Positions 27,901-40,431 are shown, counted from the whole stretch's first letter. The stretch is DNA of 56,734 bases, filler included, from Bipalium vagum (GCA_037834085.1; 3 parts of 3 records of this genome joined end to end with filler, not necessarily neighbours in it); one strand, 5' to 3'. The notes: a model not told the origin generated them from the letters alone. A program made the numbers and translations.

Positions 27901-28323
27901 TTACTAAATATACTTTCATGATAATAAGTTTAAAAAATCCTAAAATATTTGAAATATTGTCTTTACAAAATGAATAATAACACAAACATGCAATTTTAAA
28001 TAATAAGGTCTACCCAAGGCATCACTCTGGTATGATTAATTTGGGAGCAGATAGAAAGTCCGAATAATAGTAAGAATTAGAAATCAATAAATAAAAATAT
28101 TAATAAAAATAAACAATAGTAAAAATGATAATATCAAAGCCAGTAGTGTAAAAATTGTTCGTAGGAACCACACTCATAAAGGATTGAGCGCGGCTATTTT
28201 CACTCTACTACAAAATTAGATAATTTTAATATACTGTTGAGATTTGACTTCTCTCGTTTATTTTTATTTTAATACAGTTATATTCTTGTGTAGTTATTTG
28301 TAAATCAGAATTCAAAGTCGAAA

Positions 28324-28502
28324 TCTGCTGCAATCATCGAAGGATTTATCTGTGGCCTGTTTTCAACAGACTCCACAGATTCTTCAATCTTTATATCCGA
28401 GCTCGACTTTTTAACAATCTCTTCTACGTCTTTAAAGATTTCAGTATCCCTCGATGAATTTGTCAATTGGTCAATATTCTTTGTGACTATAGGAAAAGAT
28501 GT
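28324..28502 (-). repeat. Perfect 179-bp inverted duplicate of PAXIP1 exon sequence 25121-25299
   Basis: TCTGCTGCAATC...AGGAAAAGATGT is the reverse complement of ACATCTTTTCC...GATTGCAGCAGA; no mismatch seen by eye. Confidence 0.95.
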
Positions 28503-28508
28503 AAGCTA

Positions 28509-28950
28509 TCAAATGCATTCCTTGCATATTGGAAAGTAGGCGATGTCTGTCTTTAATAAAATTAATGGTTGAACATCAGCACAAGCTGGACAACAAGTTT
28601 CAATATCTTTGCGTTTAACTATTGGAATTTTAAGAGCTTGATGAGTAATTTTTGGTCTTGCATAAAATGGAGTTTTGTCGAAGAATATTGGTATTTTTGT
28701 CAAAAGTGTGTTCATTGTAGAGAGCACATCATTTTCTGAATCTGATTTGAATTTTATAGAAGGGATCATGTCCAAGTTAAATTCTCTAATATTTCCTTTT
28801 AAAGTTGAAATTTTTTCTTTAAGCATTAATGACAAAAATTTATTTTCTATTTTTTTAATTAAATCCCTCCCTTTAATCTGAATTTTTAAAAAATTTTATT
28901 AGACGCTTTTGTTCATTAATATCGAAACAATTGATTTTGATTTCAAGCAT
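28509..28950 (-). pseudogene. Intronless orphan ORF (~146 aa) with C-terminal CCPAC...CKEC zinc-ribbon-like motif and one frameshift
   Basis: ATG at 28950 (MLEIKINCFDINEQKRLIKF) joins the 28509-28835 frame if one base is removed from the T6A5 run near 28883-28893. Confidence 0.45.
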
Positions 28951-29059
28951 TTATACAGGGTGGCTTTTAATTATAACATATTATTTTTGTTACTATTATA
29001 CTAAAACGTAGCAACGTGTGCTCGTTATTATTATTAATTATTAGTATTATTATTATTCA

Positions 29060-29062
29060 AAA

Positions 29063-29122
<60 letters not shown>

Positions 29123-29123
29123 T
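29060..29123. repeat. (ATT)n microsatellite
   Basis: Direct observation. Confidence 0.95.
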
Positions 29124-29149
29124 TTATTTTTTTTTCTTAAGAATCACCA

Positions 29150-30240
29150 AATGATCTTTGTACTCTTCTAGGTTATTTGGGGCTCTCATGTCTATTTTCA
29201 TCCTTAGTAAATCTTGTGGTCTCTGTGATTGTCTTGGCCTTTCCGGTTCTTTTTCTCCTAACCCTAAAATATTCTTCCATGCTTCCTCATCTATCAATCC
29301 CAATGAATTCAGTAATTGTTCTTGATCATCCGTTATTTCTTTAACTTACCATTCTTCCTCAGGTTGCTTTCGTTATTGATGTACCAATCTGTTTAAATTC
29401 ATTCTCCGAACAACTATTTTTATTTATTTACTAATATTTATGGTGTTTGTAAAATGAAATTTTTTCTCGATCATCCCACAAGATTATTTCATAGTTTGAT
29501 TGCTCTTCATATTCTATTATTTCCAGTGATGTTTCTATTTTTATCATTTTTTGCAAGTTTTCGTGTATTGGATTTTCTGTTGATGACATTTTTGTGAGTA
29601 CTGATTGCTTCTCTTCATCCTTCTATTCTTCCAATATCAATAAGTTTGGGTCTTCAACTTCCGTTCTTGCACTTATTCTACTTCTATTCATTGCGAAAGA
29701 TATATTACTTGTGCCAATAGGTCCTATTTAGTAGTACAACTGTTCTCTGTAAAATTTTGTTGATTTGGTAGTCCAGTTAAGCGAAAATTAATTATTTTCT
29801 TTTATTAGCCTTCCATTCGCAATAGATTATATACTCATTATCCAATTTTTGAGTTAACCATAACTTTAAATTGAAACATTCATTACAGACTACTCTTACA
29901 AATGTCCTTACCATCCTGCAAATTCAAGGTGTTCACTTTCTCAGAAATATTTAATATAAGACTCATTGGAAAGACAAATACTCCGTTTTAAAAAAACTAG
30001 ATTCAAAACGACTTGATGTTGAATCTCGAGGTTCTCAGTGAATTCGTGCTTGATTATATGATTGTATTCCTCATTTTAAGAATAATTAGGTCAACTTTTT
30101 GACATATAGTAAACCTGAACATCTCGTACGTTAAAGAGCACCTTATTTATTTTTTTGATTCGTGATTATCCAACTATTTCTTCCAGAGATTTCGTTAGAT
30201 TAATTTTTCAATCTTTCAAAGGTCTGATATTTTCACTTTA
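29150..30240 (-). mobile_element. Decayed Ty3/Gypsy integrase and 3' remnant
   Basis: Broken purine-rich minus-strand frames with integrase-like pieces; no intact ORF. Confidence 0.4.
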
Positions 30241-30250
30241 AAAATTAATA

Positions 30251-30890
30251 TACCGGATTTTCAAGTTATTAGTTTTAATACAAATTATTGTTCATTCTTC
30301 TTATAGAAAATAAATTCCTAACAATCTTACACTTTCATAAAGATAAAAAATGCGGATTTTTTTTTAACAAATTGACTTACAAAATATTTTTTTTCTATCA
30401 AAAAATTTACAAAAATGTAATATGTACACCAATCAAATTTTTATTCGAAGTGTCCACCTTGATTTTCCAAACATACTTCCAGGCTAAGTGATATTTTCAC
30501 AGCTTCTTTAAGCTTTTGTTCTGTCACGCTCTAAACCGCTTGTATGATACGTTCAGTATTTCAATACTGTTTGGGAGATTACCGTCAGGATAAACCTTTC
30601 CTTTCAAAAATAAACATAACCAGAAATCCTAGGGTGTTAGATCAGTGATGTGACCAGGTCATTAATTTAGAAATCCTCCATAAATTAATTTTCAGAACCG
30701 AACGTGTTTTCCATGATTACTCGTACTTGTTAAGCAATATGAGGAGCAAACACATCTTGTTTGAAAATGATACTATTAAATCTTGGCAATGATTCGAGCT
30801 TCGGAATAAAGTTGTATATCAACATATTCAGATATCTTTCAGAATTTATTGTCTGATTTTTGATATTATGCTCAAAGAAATAGAATCATT
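30251..30890 (-). mobile_element. Second, truncated copy of the 4093-5531 family
   Basis: Starts TA-CCGGATTTTCAAGTT; shares CATAAAGA.AAAAATGCGGATTT and TTTTATTCGAAGTGTCCACC with 4170-4300. Confidence 0.85.
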
Positions 30891-31275
30891 TAAAATAAAT
30901 ATAGAACCATTTTATCAATTTAAACTTAAATTGTCACATTATATTATTCTCAATCATATATTTTGAAGAAACATAATTTCTCACTGAATTATGATAATTG
31001 GTGACTCAAACACATTATCATTAAACATATTTTCTCCGGAAATTCTAAACGATTTAAACAAAAACATTTATATTGTTTAAGAGCCTTGTTCATTTCATGA
31101 TACAAACAAGCTGTGGTGACGTAATTTTTTATCAAACCAGAGGAAAGTTGTTGGCAGTGGGAAGAAAAAATTTCAAAATGATCACAAATTCTGATTAATA
31201 AAATGCCATACTTTAAAATAATTGTGAAAATAAAATTCACGAAATAAAACTACTGATATAATATATTATTAGGAC

Positions 31276-31791
31276 TCAGATGTCTCCTGCCATATTGTCA
31301 TTGGCAAATAATTCAATATTTGAGTCAGTTATATTTTTTGTGTTCTCTTTCGGTAAAAGAGATTGGCTTTTGTTTACTTTCGGTTTTGGATTCATTTGCT
31401 TTCTGAAAAAACCTTTAAGATGATATTATTTCTTTGACTATTACCTGAAAAGTGAACGAATCTCATTCTGTTTCTCAGAGATGTTATTCAGATAAATCTT
31501 GTTATCATTCTCCTGTAAATAGATCACGTTTAAATACTTTTCGGTCTCTTTTCTCTTATCTTCATAGAGTGATTTGGTTAATTGGGAATAATTAACCGGT
31601 AAGTCACATGCTCGTCGCATACGTTGCTTAATACCATATGAGACCAATTTAGATTCATGAGCTGGTGGTAACAGCTGAATATTGTTCCAAAACGTTTTGC
31701 ACAAGCCTTGAGTTTGAGAATTTGAGTTTCCAAATGTCACATTTTGATTTGTGTCCACTGTTGTGTCGACAATCTCAAAAATATTAGCAGC
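31276..31791 (-). CDS. Last two exons (31445-31791, 31276-31402) of an unidentified protein
   Basis: Acceptor TTATAG; frame AANIFEIVDTTVDTNQ...GIKQRMRRACDLPVNYS...SLF; AG|GTAA donor; 42-nt intron; then RKQMNPKPKVNKS...NMAGDI-TGA in phase. Confidence 0.7.
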
Positions 31792-32654
31792 CTATAACAA
31801 TGTTATGGATTAGAGAAATTAAAATTTATTTTAATATATATATATATATGTTCACATTCTTATTATTGTATTACTTAAAAAATAATGTTTGTTTATTTGA
31901 AATTGTGCTGAGTTATTCGTTATAGAAATTAATTTTATGATTATATAAACAAAAATCGAAATTTAACTAAAATATTTGTTAGTAATAGACCGATAAATTA
32001 TTCTTAGAATGAGAAATTAAAGTGAAAAATAGTTTGAAAACTAAATTATGTAAATTTATTTAATGATTTTTGTCAACGCGCAAATTAATGTCTTTATGTT
32101 CTACAATTAATTAATTAATTACTATTTTTAAATTAAAATTAAGACACTGATTAATATTAAACAGAAAATGGGAATTTAATATTTTGACAAAGAAAACTTC
32201 TAAAAAAATTACAAAAGATATTTAAGTTGAATGCAGTTAGCTGTCACAATCAATCTAAAAATATTTTTGTATAATTGAATTAAATTTGTAAATAAATTTG
32301 TTATTAATTATTTTGATTTCACTAATTTAGGAGAATACAACATCGATATTATATAAAAAGTCAGACCGCAACCTCTTTTTATTTATTCATTTATATAAAT
32401 CATTGTGTTATTTTGTGAAAGGATAGTTGAACTACACTAATATATTTTCATTAACTTAATAAATATTACTAAGACTCCAAGAAAATCATATTAATTAAAA
32501 TAATATCTGAAAAAGTATTTTCAAATAAAAAGTAAGCTATTTGCATTTTTCAGACTTTAACGTCTAAATATTTTTACAATATCTCATGTTTACTAAAGAT
32601 CATTACTGCTCAATTTAAAAAAATTGTAAGAATATATTTATTTATAATTATTTA

Positions 32655-34276
32655 TATATTATGGAATGTTTCCGATGATTTATTTCAATAATAAAATCAC
32701 TTAGTTATTTTATTATCAATAATTAATCAATAAATCTGGGTATGATCTTTGTTTTAAAATCATTAAAAAATTAGTTCAACTAACATGGATTTTAAGAGCA
32801 TTTCTTCATGTGACCCTTACTAAAAAATGTGATGCTCTATGAGTTTGGCGAAAGTCTTGTTCGATTCAGAGGAAATAATTTTGCCTTTGAGAATTTAATT
32901 ATTTGGGTTATTCTCAAGTACTAAACAACGATGCCTTGAGACAATAATCGACTGTGGTCCGAAGATAACGTCTCATGGGTTAGGGACATTTCTTGGTCAA
33001 TATCACATAATAGTCTTAATCCATTTGATGTCTCGTGGGAAGTTTTTTGCATAACTCTTGGGTTCCGCGCAAACTGTTTCAACATGGCATAGTATTACCA
33101 AATAGTCTTCACTACTTGACAGTCAAAAATTGTGTCTATTTCTGGATTGAGTGGTGATTGGTGATGAAAAATGGATTTCTTGTGTCAATCCTGAAATTAA
33201 AGATTAATGGATATGCAAAGACCAAGTTCCACTAACTACAAATAAGCCAGATTTACATCCACAAAAGTAATATTGTGTATCTAGTGTGACATACACAGGG
33301 TCATATATTATGAATTGTTAAACATATACCAAACAGTTTGTTCACTAACTAGTGAATCAAATTTATACCTAACTCCAACTCTTAGGTGATGCAAATAAAA
33401 ACAATCAGTAGAGCAACACTTGTATTTATACCACACAAACACAAAAATACACGGAAATACAAAAGATAAGCAGTAGTCTGAGATCACAATTTATGTCCGC
33501 AATGTTACACCAACCTCACACCATCTTATCACAACACAACAATAAAGAATGAATCAAATGTTTAATCAATTACTATCAGTAATAATCAAATATAGTCAAA
33601 ACGGATCAAATGTAGACTTAAATCAAATACTAATAATTAAATATAGTCAACGGTTAATAAAATATTAAAATTTTTAAAAGTATTTCTGAAATAAAAATTC
33701 CTGAGAATTTTAAATTACTTTTCTAGTATTAATTAATTTTAATTATTATTATTATTAATATTTGTACTGTTTTTATGGTTTTTCTTGCTTATTTTTCCCC
33801 GGGGGGGTGTCTGGGGTAAACCCAACAAGTTAATACTAAAATATATTTCCAGAAATAAATCATTTGAGATAGACATTGATTAACAAACAGCTGACGTTGC
33901 TAAATAGAAAATAAATCACACTCCATGAAGACAATGCCAAATCGCATGTTGCCAAAATTACTCATGAGAAAATTATATAAATTGATTGGATCTCCTTCCA
34001 CACAGGCCTGACATTGATTCACCAAACTTTCATTTATTTAAATCGATGTAGCACATTCTGAAAGGGTGGAAATTTAAAGATAAGAGTGCTATCAATAAGG
34101 CACAGAAAGATTTTTTTGAATAAAAAAAGAAAATTCTTAGAGATAGCAGAGTGTTTACCACAAAGATTGTTAATAATGTTGGAAATTATTTTATTGAAAA
34201 AACTCTAAAAGAACTTTAATGTGAATTTTTAAATTATGAAAATAAATCCGCGGAAACATTTCCAGCAACCTAATAT
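32655..34276 (+). mobile_element. Defective mariner interrupted by a ~0.5-kb insertion (~33340-33830)
   Basis: VIGDEKWI, KPDLHPQK, LHEDNAKSHV motifs; TIR pair ..GGAATGTTTCCG (left) and CGGAAACATTTCCAGCAACCTAATA (right). Confidence 0.75.
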
Positions 34277-35120
34277 ATTATTCTCTTACTTTTATAAAAA
34301 AAAATAAATAAATTGATATTTTATTTAGACTAAAAAATGAACAAAAAAAGCAATTGATTTTCACAGACAGAAAGCAATAAAAATTAAAACCATTCATCTT
34401 TATAAATTGATATGAATTCTTTAGACTGAAGAATGTGACATAAGCGCAATGACAAAAATGGGTGACTTTTTGATCCTGTTCATATGTGAATCTGGAGACC
34501 AGGAAGAAAATAGGACTGGGTTTTAACATCTTTTTCTCATATGGCAATTTATCTGGATTATTTACTTTTCGAAGTTTTAGCTCTCCAAATTTATTTTTGT
34601 TTTTTAATAATTTTAATTGAAAACTACCACTCTTTAAGATTATTTTAAATTTAGAATATTTGACAGATTTCCTCCCCGTTTTATGTCACGAAATTGTCAC
34701 TAATTTAATTAAACAATATTTTGCATGTTAAACATTTACAATAATTTTTAATTAAAGTTTCATTTTATAAAAATTTATCAAAAAATATTTTTCGAATAAA
34801 CTTTTATAATAATATGAACACAAAATCACTGATGTTATATTTGATCCGTAGGGTGATTGTTTAAATATACCAATTAAATAATGAAGGAAATAAACATCTT
34901 TTTTATTATAGGGATTCTTCAAATAATTAAAACAAATTAAGAAATGTTAATGTATTGTTTCACTCTGACGTATCCATTCACAAAGTGAATTCTTTGAGTA
35001 TGAAATACTTTTATAATTTAAATCATTTTTATTTTTTATAGTCGGAGCATAACAATCGTGAGTCGTTCATAACCAAACGAAAAGGTTATATATATATATA
35101 GGAATATTTATCTGTAGTTA

Positions 35121-35445
35121 TTAGGTCCACTCGAAAGTTCTTTCTGATTTTAAAATAAGAGAAAATGAGAAGTCTTTAACAGGTTTTTAAATATTTATTC
35201 AATAACATAATGCCCATTATTATTGAAAACTTCTTTCCATCTCGATGTTAACTTTTCTATTCCATTCCTGAAGAGCGATTTGCCCTTAGATTTCAAAAAC
35301 GTCTCCAATGCATTTTCCACATCTTCATCCGTTGTAAATTCTTTTCCATTGAGGAAATTCTGAAGCGACCAAAATAAATGGTAATCGGGTGGCTATATCG
35401 GGGGAATATTGTGGGTGATTTAATATTTCCCACTGAAGTTCTACT
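35121..35445 (-). mobile_element. Mariner 3' fragment with TIR
   Basis: HPQYSPDIA..DYHLFWSLQNFLNGK motif; TA-TTAGGTCCAC terminus. Confidence 0.8.
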
Positions 35446-35446
35446 A

Positions 35447-35668
35447 CAGTGCAACTTCTATTTTGGACCAATCGGACCAAACTTCATATTTTAACCAATA
35501 ATTTGTACTTATCATATTTCTCGATATTTTCATATAAAAAATAAAATTCTTGGTCCAAAAATTTCAATAATTTGTTTAAAAATTTAATAATTTGTTTTAA
35601 TAATATTTTGGTATATAACATTTTCAAAATCAGGAATGAGTAAGAAATTATCATATGAAGATAAATAT
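35447..35668 (+). mobile_element. 5' fragment of the pogo/Tigger family seen at 41297-42960
   Basis: TA-CAGTGCAACTTCTATTTTGGA is the reverse complement of the 42940-42960 TIR; the following ~200 bp are colinear with 41320-41492. Confidence 0.9.
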
Positions 35669-35679
35669 ATAATATACAT

Positions 35680-35995
35680 ATGGTGCTCCGTGCCACAGAA
35701 ATCAGATGGTGACAGATTGGGTTGCCATTAAAGAATGGAATGTGATAGACTTTCCTCTATAAACCACAGATTTAAATCCAATAGAAAGTATGGTTTCTAT
35801 TGAAAAGACTGCTGAAGAAGTCCTTTATGCGTAATGTAAACAGATTGAAGTTACATATTAATGTAAATTTTATGTAATCAGACCCAAAAGCAATGATTAT
35901 CTAATTTAACCCGTTAGATAAAAGCATGACTTCCGGGAATTATCAAAGCTGAAGGAGGTTGTATCAATTATTCATATTCAGATTCATATTTAACA
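35680..35995 (+). mobile_element. Tc1 3' fragment
   Basis: WNVIDFPL*TTDLNPIES matches the Tc1 WP..SPDLNPIE motif. Confidence 0.6.
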
Positions 35996-36424
35996 CCTAA
36001 TAATTATGATGTGTAAATTAATTATTAATTAATGTAAGTTATTAATTATTAATGTTAACCCAAATATTAATAACTTTTGATTTATAATAATTTTAAGATA
36101 GATAAAATTAAAAATTATAATTAAACTATTTTAATAATTTATTAAATATTCTTTTTAAGTGGTACATATTTGAATATAAATAGGGTTGATCAATATCAGA
36201 AAAATATCAGAATTAATTTTTATAAAAAATGATAAATGTATTTTGAAAATATTTCACATTATTTTAGTCTGAAATTTATGTGAATCTCATTAATATTAAT
36301 ATCGTTATTGATTTTGTGTTTAAACGTCAAAGTAAAAATTTTATTATATTCCTCAACATAAAAAATATTTTTATATTTTAAAAGGTAATGTTCAATATTT
36401 TTGTATTCTATGCAAATAGTTTAC

Positions 36425-36456
36425 AATTATTATTATTATACTTATTATTATTATTA

Positions 36457-36517
<61 letters not shown>
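36425..36517. repeat. (ATT)n microsatellite
   Basis: Direct observation; produces the spurious poly-Y/L ORF. Confidence 0.95.
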
Positions 36518-36518
<1 letters not shown>

Positions 36519-36755
36519 CGAATTTTAATAAAAATAATAAATATTCAAAAATGCAAAATAAATTAAAGTACATTAATGACGAATATTTTTAATAATATCA
36601 GCGAAAATAAATGAGTATTTTCTCAAATGGAAATTGATGGCAAGACATGACATTGAAATATTTTCCATTGGAACAAGACTGGAGAAAACCGTGCCCCTTT
36701 TAACTGCAGAGCGATATTGTTCATTAAAATATTGGCAAAAAGTGAACTCTGCCGC

Positions 36756-36980
36756 TCATTTTGGTGGGTCAATTAAAATTATTCTGAAAGCAAGCCATAT
36801 CTTGGCAGATTGAGTGAAAGATAAAAGGGACTTTAGTTAAATTGAAAAGATTTTGCTTTCAAATTAATTGAAAGAGACCTGGACCAATTTCTCCTCTACG
36901 GGAATCACCATTCTGCCCTCATTTGTATATCGGTCCCATTTTATGGAAAAATTTCTCACAAATCCAATAGAATTCTTTCT
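36756..36980 (-). CDS. Putative last two exons (36879-36980, 36756-36830) of an unidentified gene
   Basis: RKNSIGFVRNFSIKWDRYTNEGRMVIPVEEKLVQ | 48-nt GT-AG intron | SLLSFTQSAKIWLAFRIILIDPPK-TGA; in phase, locally higher GC. Confidence 0.5.
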
Positions 36981-37113
36981 CTATATTTGAAATAGTACAT
37001 TTTGAAATTTAATATAAATTTATTTATAAGACGAGAAATAAGATAAATTCTTCGATTTGTTACAATAAACAAGCGGAATCCAATAATTATTATAACAATT
37101 TTAATAATAAGAT

Positions 37114-37114
37114 A

Positions 37115-37172
<58 letters not shown>
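37114..37172. repeat. (AAT)n microsatellite
   Basis: Direct observation. Confidence 0.95.
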
Positions 37173-37199
37173 TTAATAAGTGTGAAATGTATGAAATTT

Positions 37200-37910
37200 T
37201 GTTCACCTTTGAAAATTCATTCCACAATGAATACTGACTATCAAGTCTAATCGGTTGAATGGAAATTGATATAAAATAAGTTCTCTCTTTATTGTTGCGC
37301 TGGGATTAGTTTTTAAGTCGTTTTAGAAAAGTGATGAAAAATATGATCCCTACCATTATCAAAGACGTTTAGCAAAATGGATAAATGGTTGTCAATCTCC
37401 ATCCCCTTACCCGAAACCTGGTTTGCACCCAAAAATAATAATGCGTACTGTCTTGTGGTCTAAGGTTATGTCATGCATTTGTCACTGGTAGATCCTGCCG
37501 AGACTATCACAGCAAACCGATACTGCTCCTATTTAGAGATAATGCTGCAAAAGTTTAGAATTAAGTAGCCTTCAGTAATCCACAAAAAGGAATAATATCA
37601 ATGCAGAAAAGACTTTTCACAATCTATAATTGAACTATGGATAAAAAGTCTGTAGCATCCGCCGTATTCTCCAGATTTGGTTCCAAAGGATTACCATTTC
37701 TTTAAGCGTTTCCTTAATTTTCTGGCCAAGAAAATCATTTCAAATCCAAAGGGTAACAAAAGAATGGGTATTTCCGACTTCATTACTTTTAGAAAATCGG
37801 AATTTGACAAATTAATAAACACAGACAATTGAACATTCCATTTTTTACAATTGTCTCACTGTTTTTTACATTTATGAAGTGATCGGACATTTCATGTGAC
37901 ATAACCTAAT
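37200..37910 (+). mobile_element. Defective mariner, 3' part
   Basis: KPGLHPKIIM and HPPYSPDLVPKDYHFF motifs; TIR-like end CGGACATTTCATGTGACATAACCTAATA. Confidence 0.8.
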
Positions 37911-38984
37911 ATTATTAATATTTTTTTATATTACTATTATTTATTTCATTATATTTTTAAAGAATTAAAATGAAAAGTTGAAACATTCCCAAATTATAAA
38001 ATTTAAAACAAACAAGAATTCTCAAAAGGCCATTACATTATAGAAAGAAATAAAAATAATAATAAAATAATGAACAAACTCACGAGTTGATCGAAACTGT
38101 GAATATTTTATTTTATCTTTAAATGATTTAAAAATATCATCTTGAAAATTATTATTAAAAAATGTATAAAAAAATTATTTTAAAAAAGTTTCATTTAAAA
38201 TTCGCGTAAAAAAATTTTCGGAAAATTGTCTGAAATTTGCAAAAAAAATCATTTTTGTAATTTTTCAATTAATAAAAATTTTTATTTATTTTTTAAACAA
38301 ATTATTTATTTTATGAAAATGTGAGTTAACGTTCTTGTTTTTACAGAGCATTTCATCTTTCGTTAATTAAAACAAATCAAAGAAAAATTAATTTGTTTAA
38401 TCAATTGATTTTTCTAGAAATTAAATCTATAAACAAAATATTTTAATTAAAACAAATTATTAATTTGACATTTTATTCATTTCTTAACTGTAAAATAAAT
38501 TAATTCTTTGTCGTTTAAAACAAAAAAATGAAAATTGTTTCAAAAATATAATTCTTCATGGAATTCTAGTGAGGTTAAAGAAATAATGTTTGATCTCAGT
38601 GATACAAATATCATTTATATTCTGAACACATAAAATTTTGATCTTCCCACGGAGAATTTGAATTTTGTTTTATTAAACAATTTTTTATTTAAAATTTATT
38701 ATTTAAATTATAATTTGAAATTAATAAAATGAATTATGTGAAAAAAATCTGTTTTTCTAAATACCACTATCCATTTATATATATGGCTGACATTAATTAT
38801 TTTAATATTTGTGGGAAAACATGGGATGATTAGTAGAAAATTACCATCCAATTTTATATCTTAAAAGGTATAAAAATAATTAACAATATTTTTGGAAATT
38901 ATCGTACAATATATCATTTTATTTATTTTTAATTTAAAATTAAATTTCATATTTTATAAATTATATGGAGACATGTTTGATGAT

Positions 38985-38985
38985 C

Positions 38986-39061
<76 letters not shown>
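38985..39061. repeat. (ATT)n microsatellite at contig end
   Basis: Runs directly into the spacer. Confidence 0.95.
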
Positions 39062-39161
39062 NNNNNNNNNNNNNNNNNNNNNNNNNNNNNNNNNNNNNNN
39101 NNNNNTTAATTAATTAANNNNNNNNNNNNNNNNNNNNNNNNNNNNNNNNNNNNNNNNNNNN
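39062..39161. other. Artificial contig spacer
   Basis: N44-TTAATTAATTAA-N44, identical to the first spacer. Confidence 0.97.
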
Positions 39162-39283
39162 TTTAAAAAAACTAAATTGAACTTTAAAATACTATATTGA
39201 AGTTTAAAAAAACTAAATAGAGGTTAAAACCCTGTATTGTTCATTACATTTTTAATAAATGGAGAACGAAAGCAATTTATTTA

Positions 39284-40431
39284 TTAAGGTGATTCATAAG
39301 TAATTTCATTTCTTTCTTTATTAGTTCAAAGTAATTTTTTAGTTGATAAAAAATTTTAATATATCGGTGTATATATCAATTTGAAACCTAATAAATTTTC
39401 TAATTAATTTATCTTATATAAATGTAATACCATCTTTTATTTTAGCTGAAATAAAAATGGAAAAAATCGAAATTTGCATTCTGCTTCGAAATTATTGGAA
39501 GCAACAATTTTAAAGAAGTGAAGCTGCCAGAAAAATATGCAAAGTGGAAGGTGAAGGTGTGGTCTCTATTCGTATAGCCAAAATGTGATTCAAAAAAATT
39601 AATAAAGGTGACAATGATCTATACGATCAACCACGTTCCGGTTTACTGATCTAGGTATATCCCAAGAAACAGTTGTCCGACATCTTAAAGCAATCGGTAC
39701 GGTCAACATACAATGTAGAGAAGTATCTCACGATTTGATCGAAGATCAGGCAAGAAAGTTGCTGAAAAATCCACGGCATGCTCGTTTTATTAGACAAATT
39801 GTAACTTCTAATAAAAAGTGGATATTTTTTTACCTATCCTCAAAAAAATAATCAGTGATTGGACTCTGAGCAAGTGGTAGAACCTGTTCAAAAAAGAGAC
39901 CAATTCTCACAGAAGACATTGTGCGTTTGGTGGAACTTCGTAGGCATGATACACTTCAAATTGATTCTAAATAGTATATCACTAGACGCAGACCTATATT
40001 GTTCTCAATTGGATCAATTTTTTTAAAAATTAAAACTGAAATATCCGGCATTGGTCAATCTAAAGCATGTGGTCTTAGAGAAAGATAACGCAAACTGCCA
40101 AGAAAACATTCGAAAAAATCAAAGAATGTGAATCTATTGAACTGTTACCACATCCAGCATACAGTCCTGATCTTGCCCCATTGGATTACCCTATTCTTCA
40201 ATCAATGGCATATTTTCTTCGAGTAATAGAATTAACAACCTTGACGAGATCAAAACGGCGTGCCAAGAGTTTTTCAGGTCCAAGGTCAAGGAATGGTACC
40301 AACAAGGAATCCAACAACTAGCAGATAGATTGCTTAAAACTATTGATTCAAATGATCCTTTATTTTGAAACAATATAATTTTGTTTATATTATTTTAAAT
40401 AATAAACGAAATTACTTATGAATCACCTTAA
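39284..40431 (+). mobile_element. Mariner (DD34D) with both TIRs and TA target duplication, transposase pseudogenised
   Basis: Perfect 24-bp TIR TTAAGGTGATTCATAAGTAATTTC at both ends, TA on each side; ATG 39457 MEKIEICILLRNYWK; PRSG; IVTSNKKWI; HPAYSPDLAPLDY; frameshifts and an internal deletion. Confidence 0.95.

Noticed and set aside
28880-28895. Programmed -1 frameshift at TTTTTTAAAAA in the orphan ORF
   Set aside because: The required shift is +1, better explained by a one-base homopolymer insertion or sequencing error.
36401-36592. Poly-Tyr/Leu ORF (and poly-Leu/Ile ORF 38892-39113)
   Set aside because: Translations of (ATT)n microsatellites.
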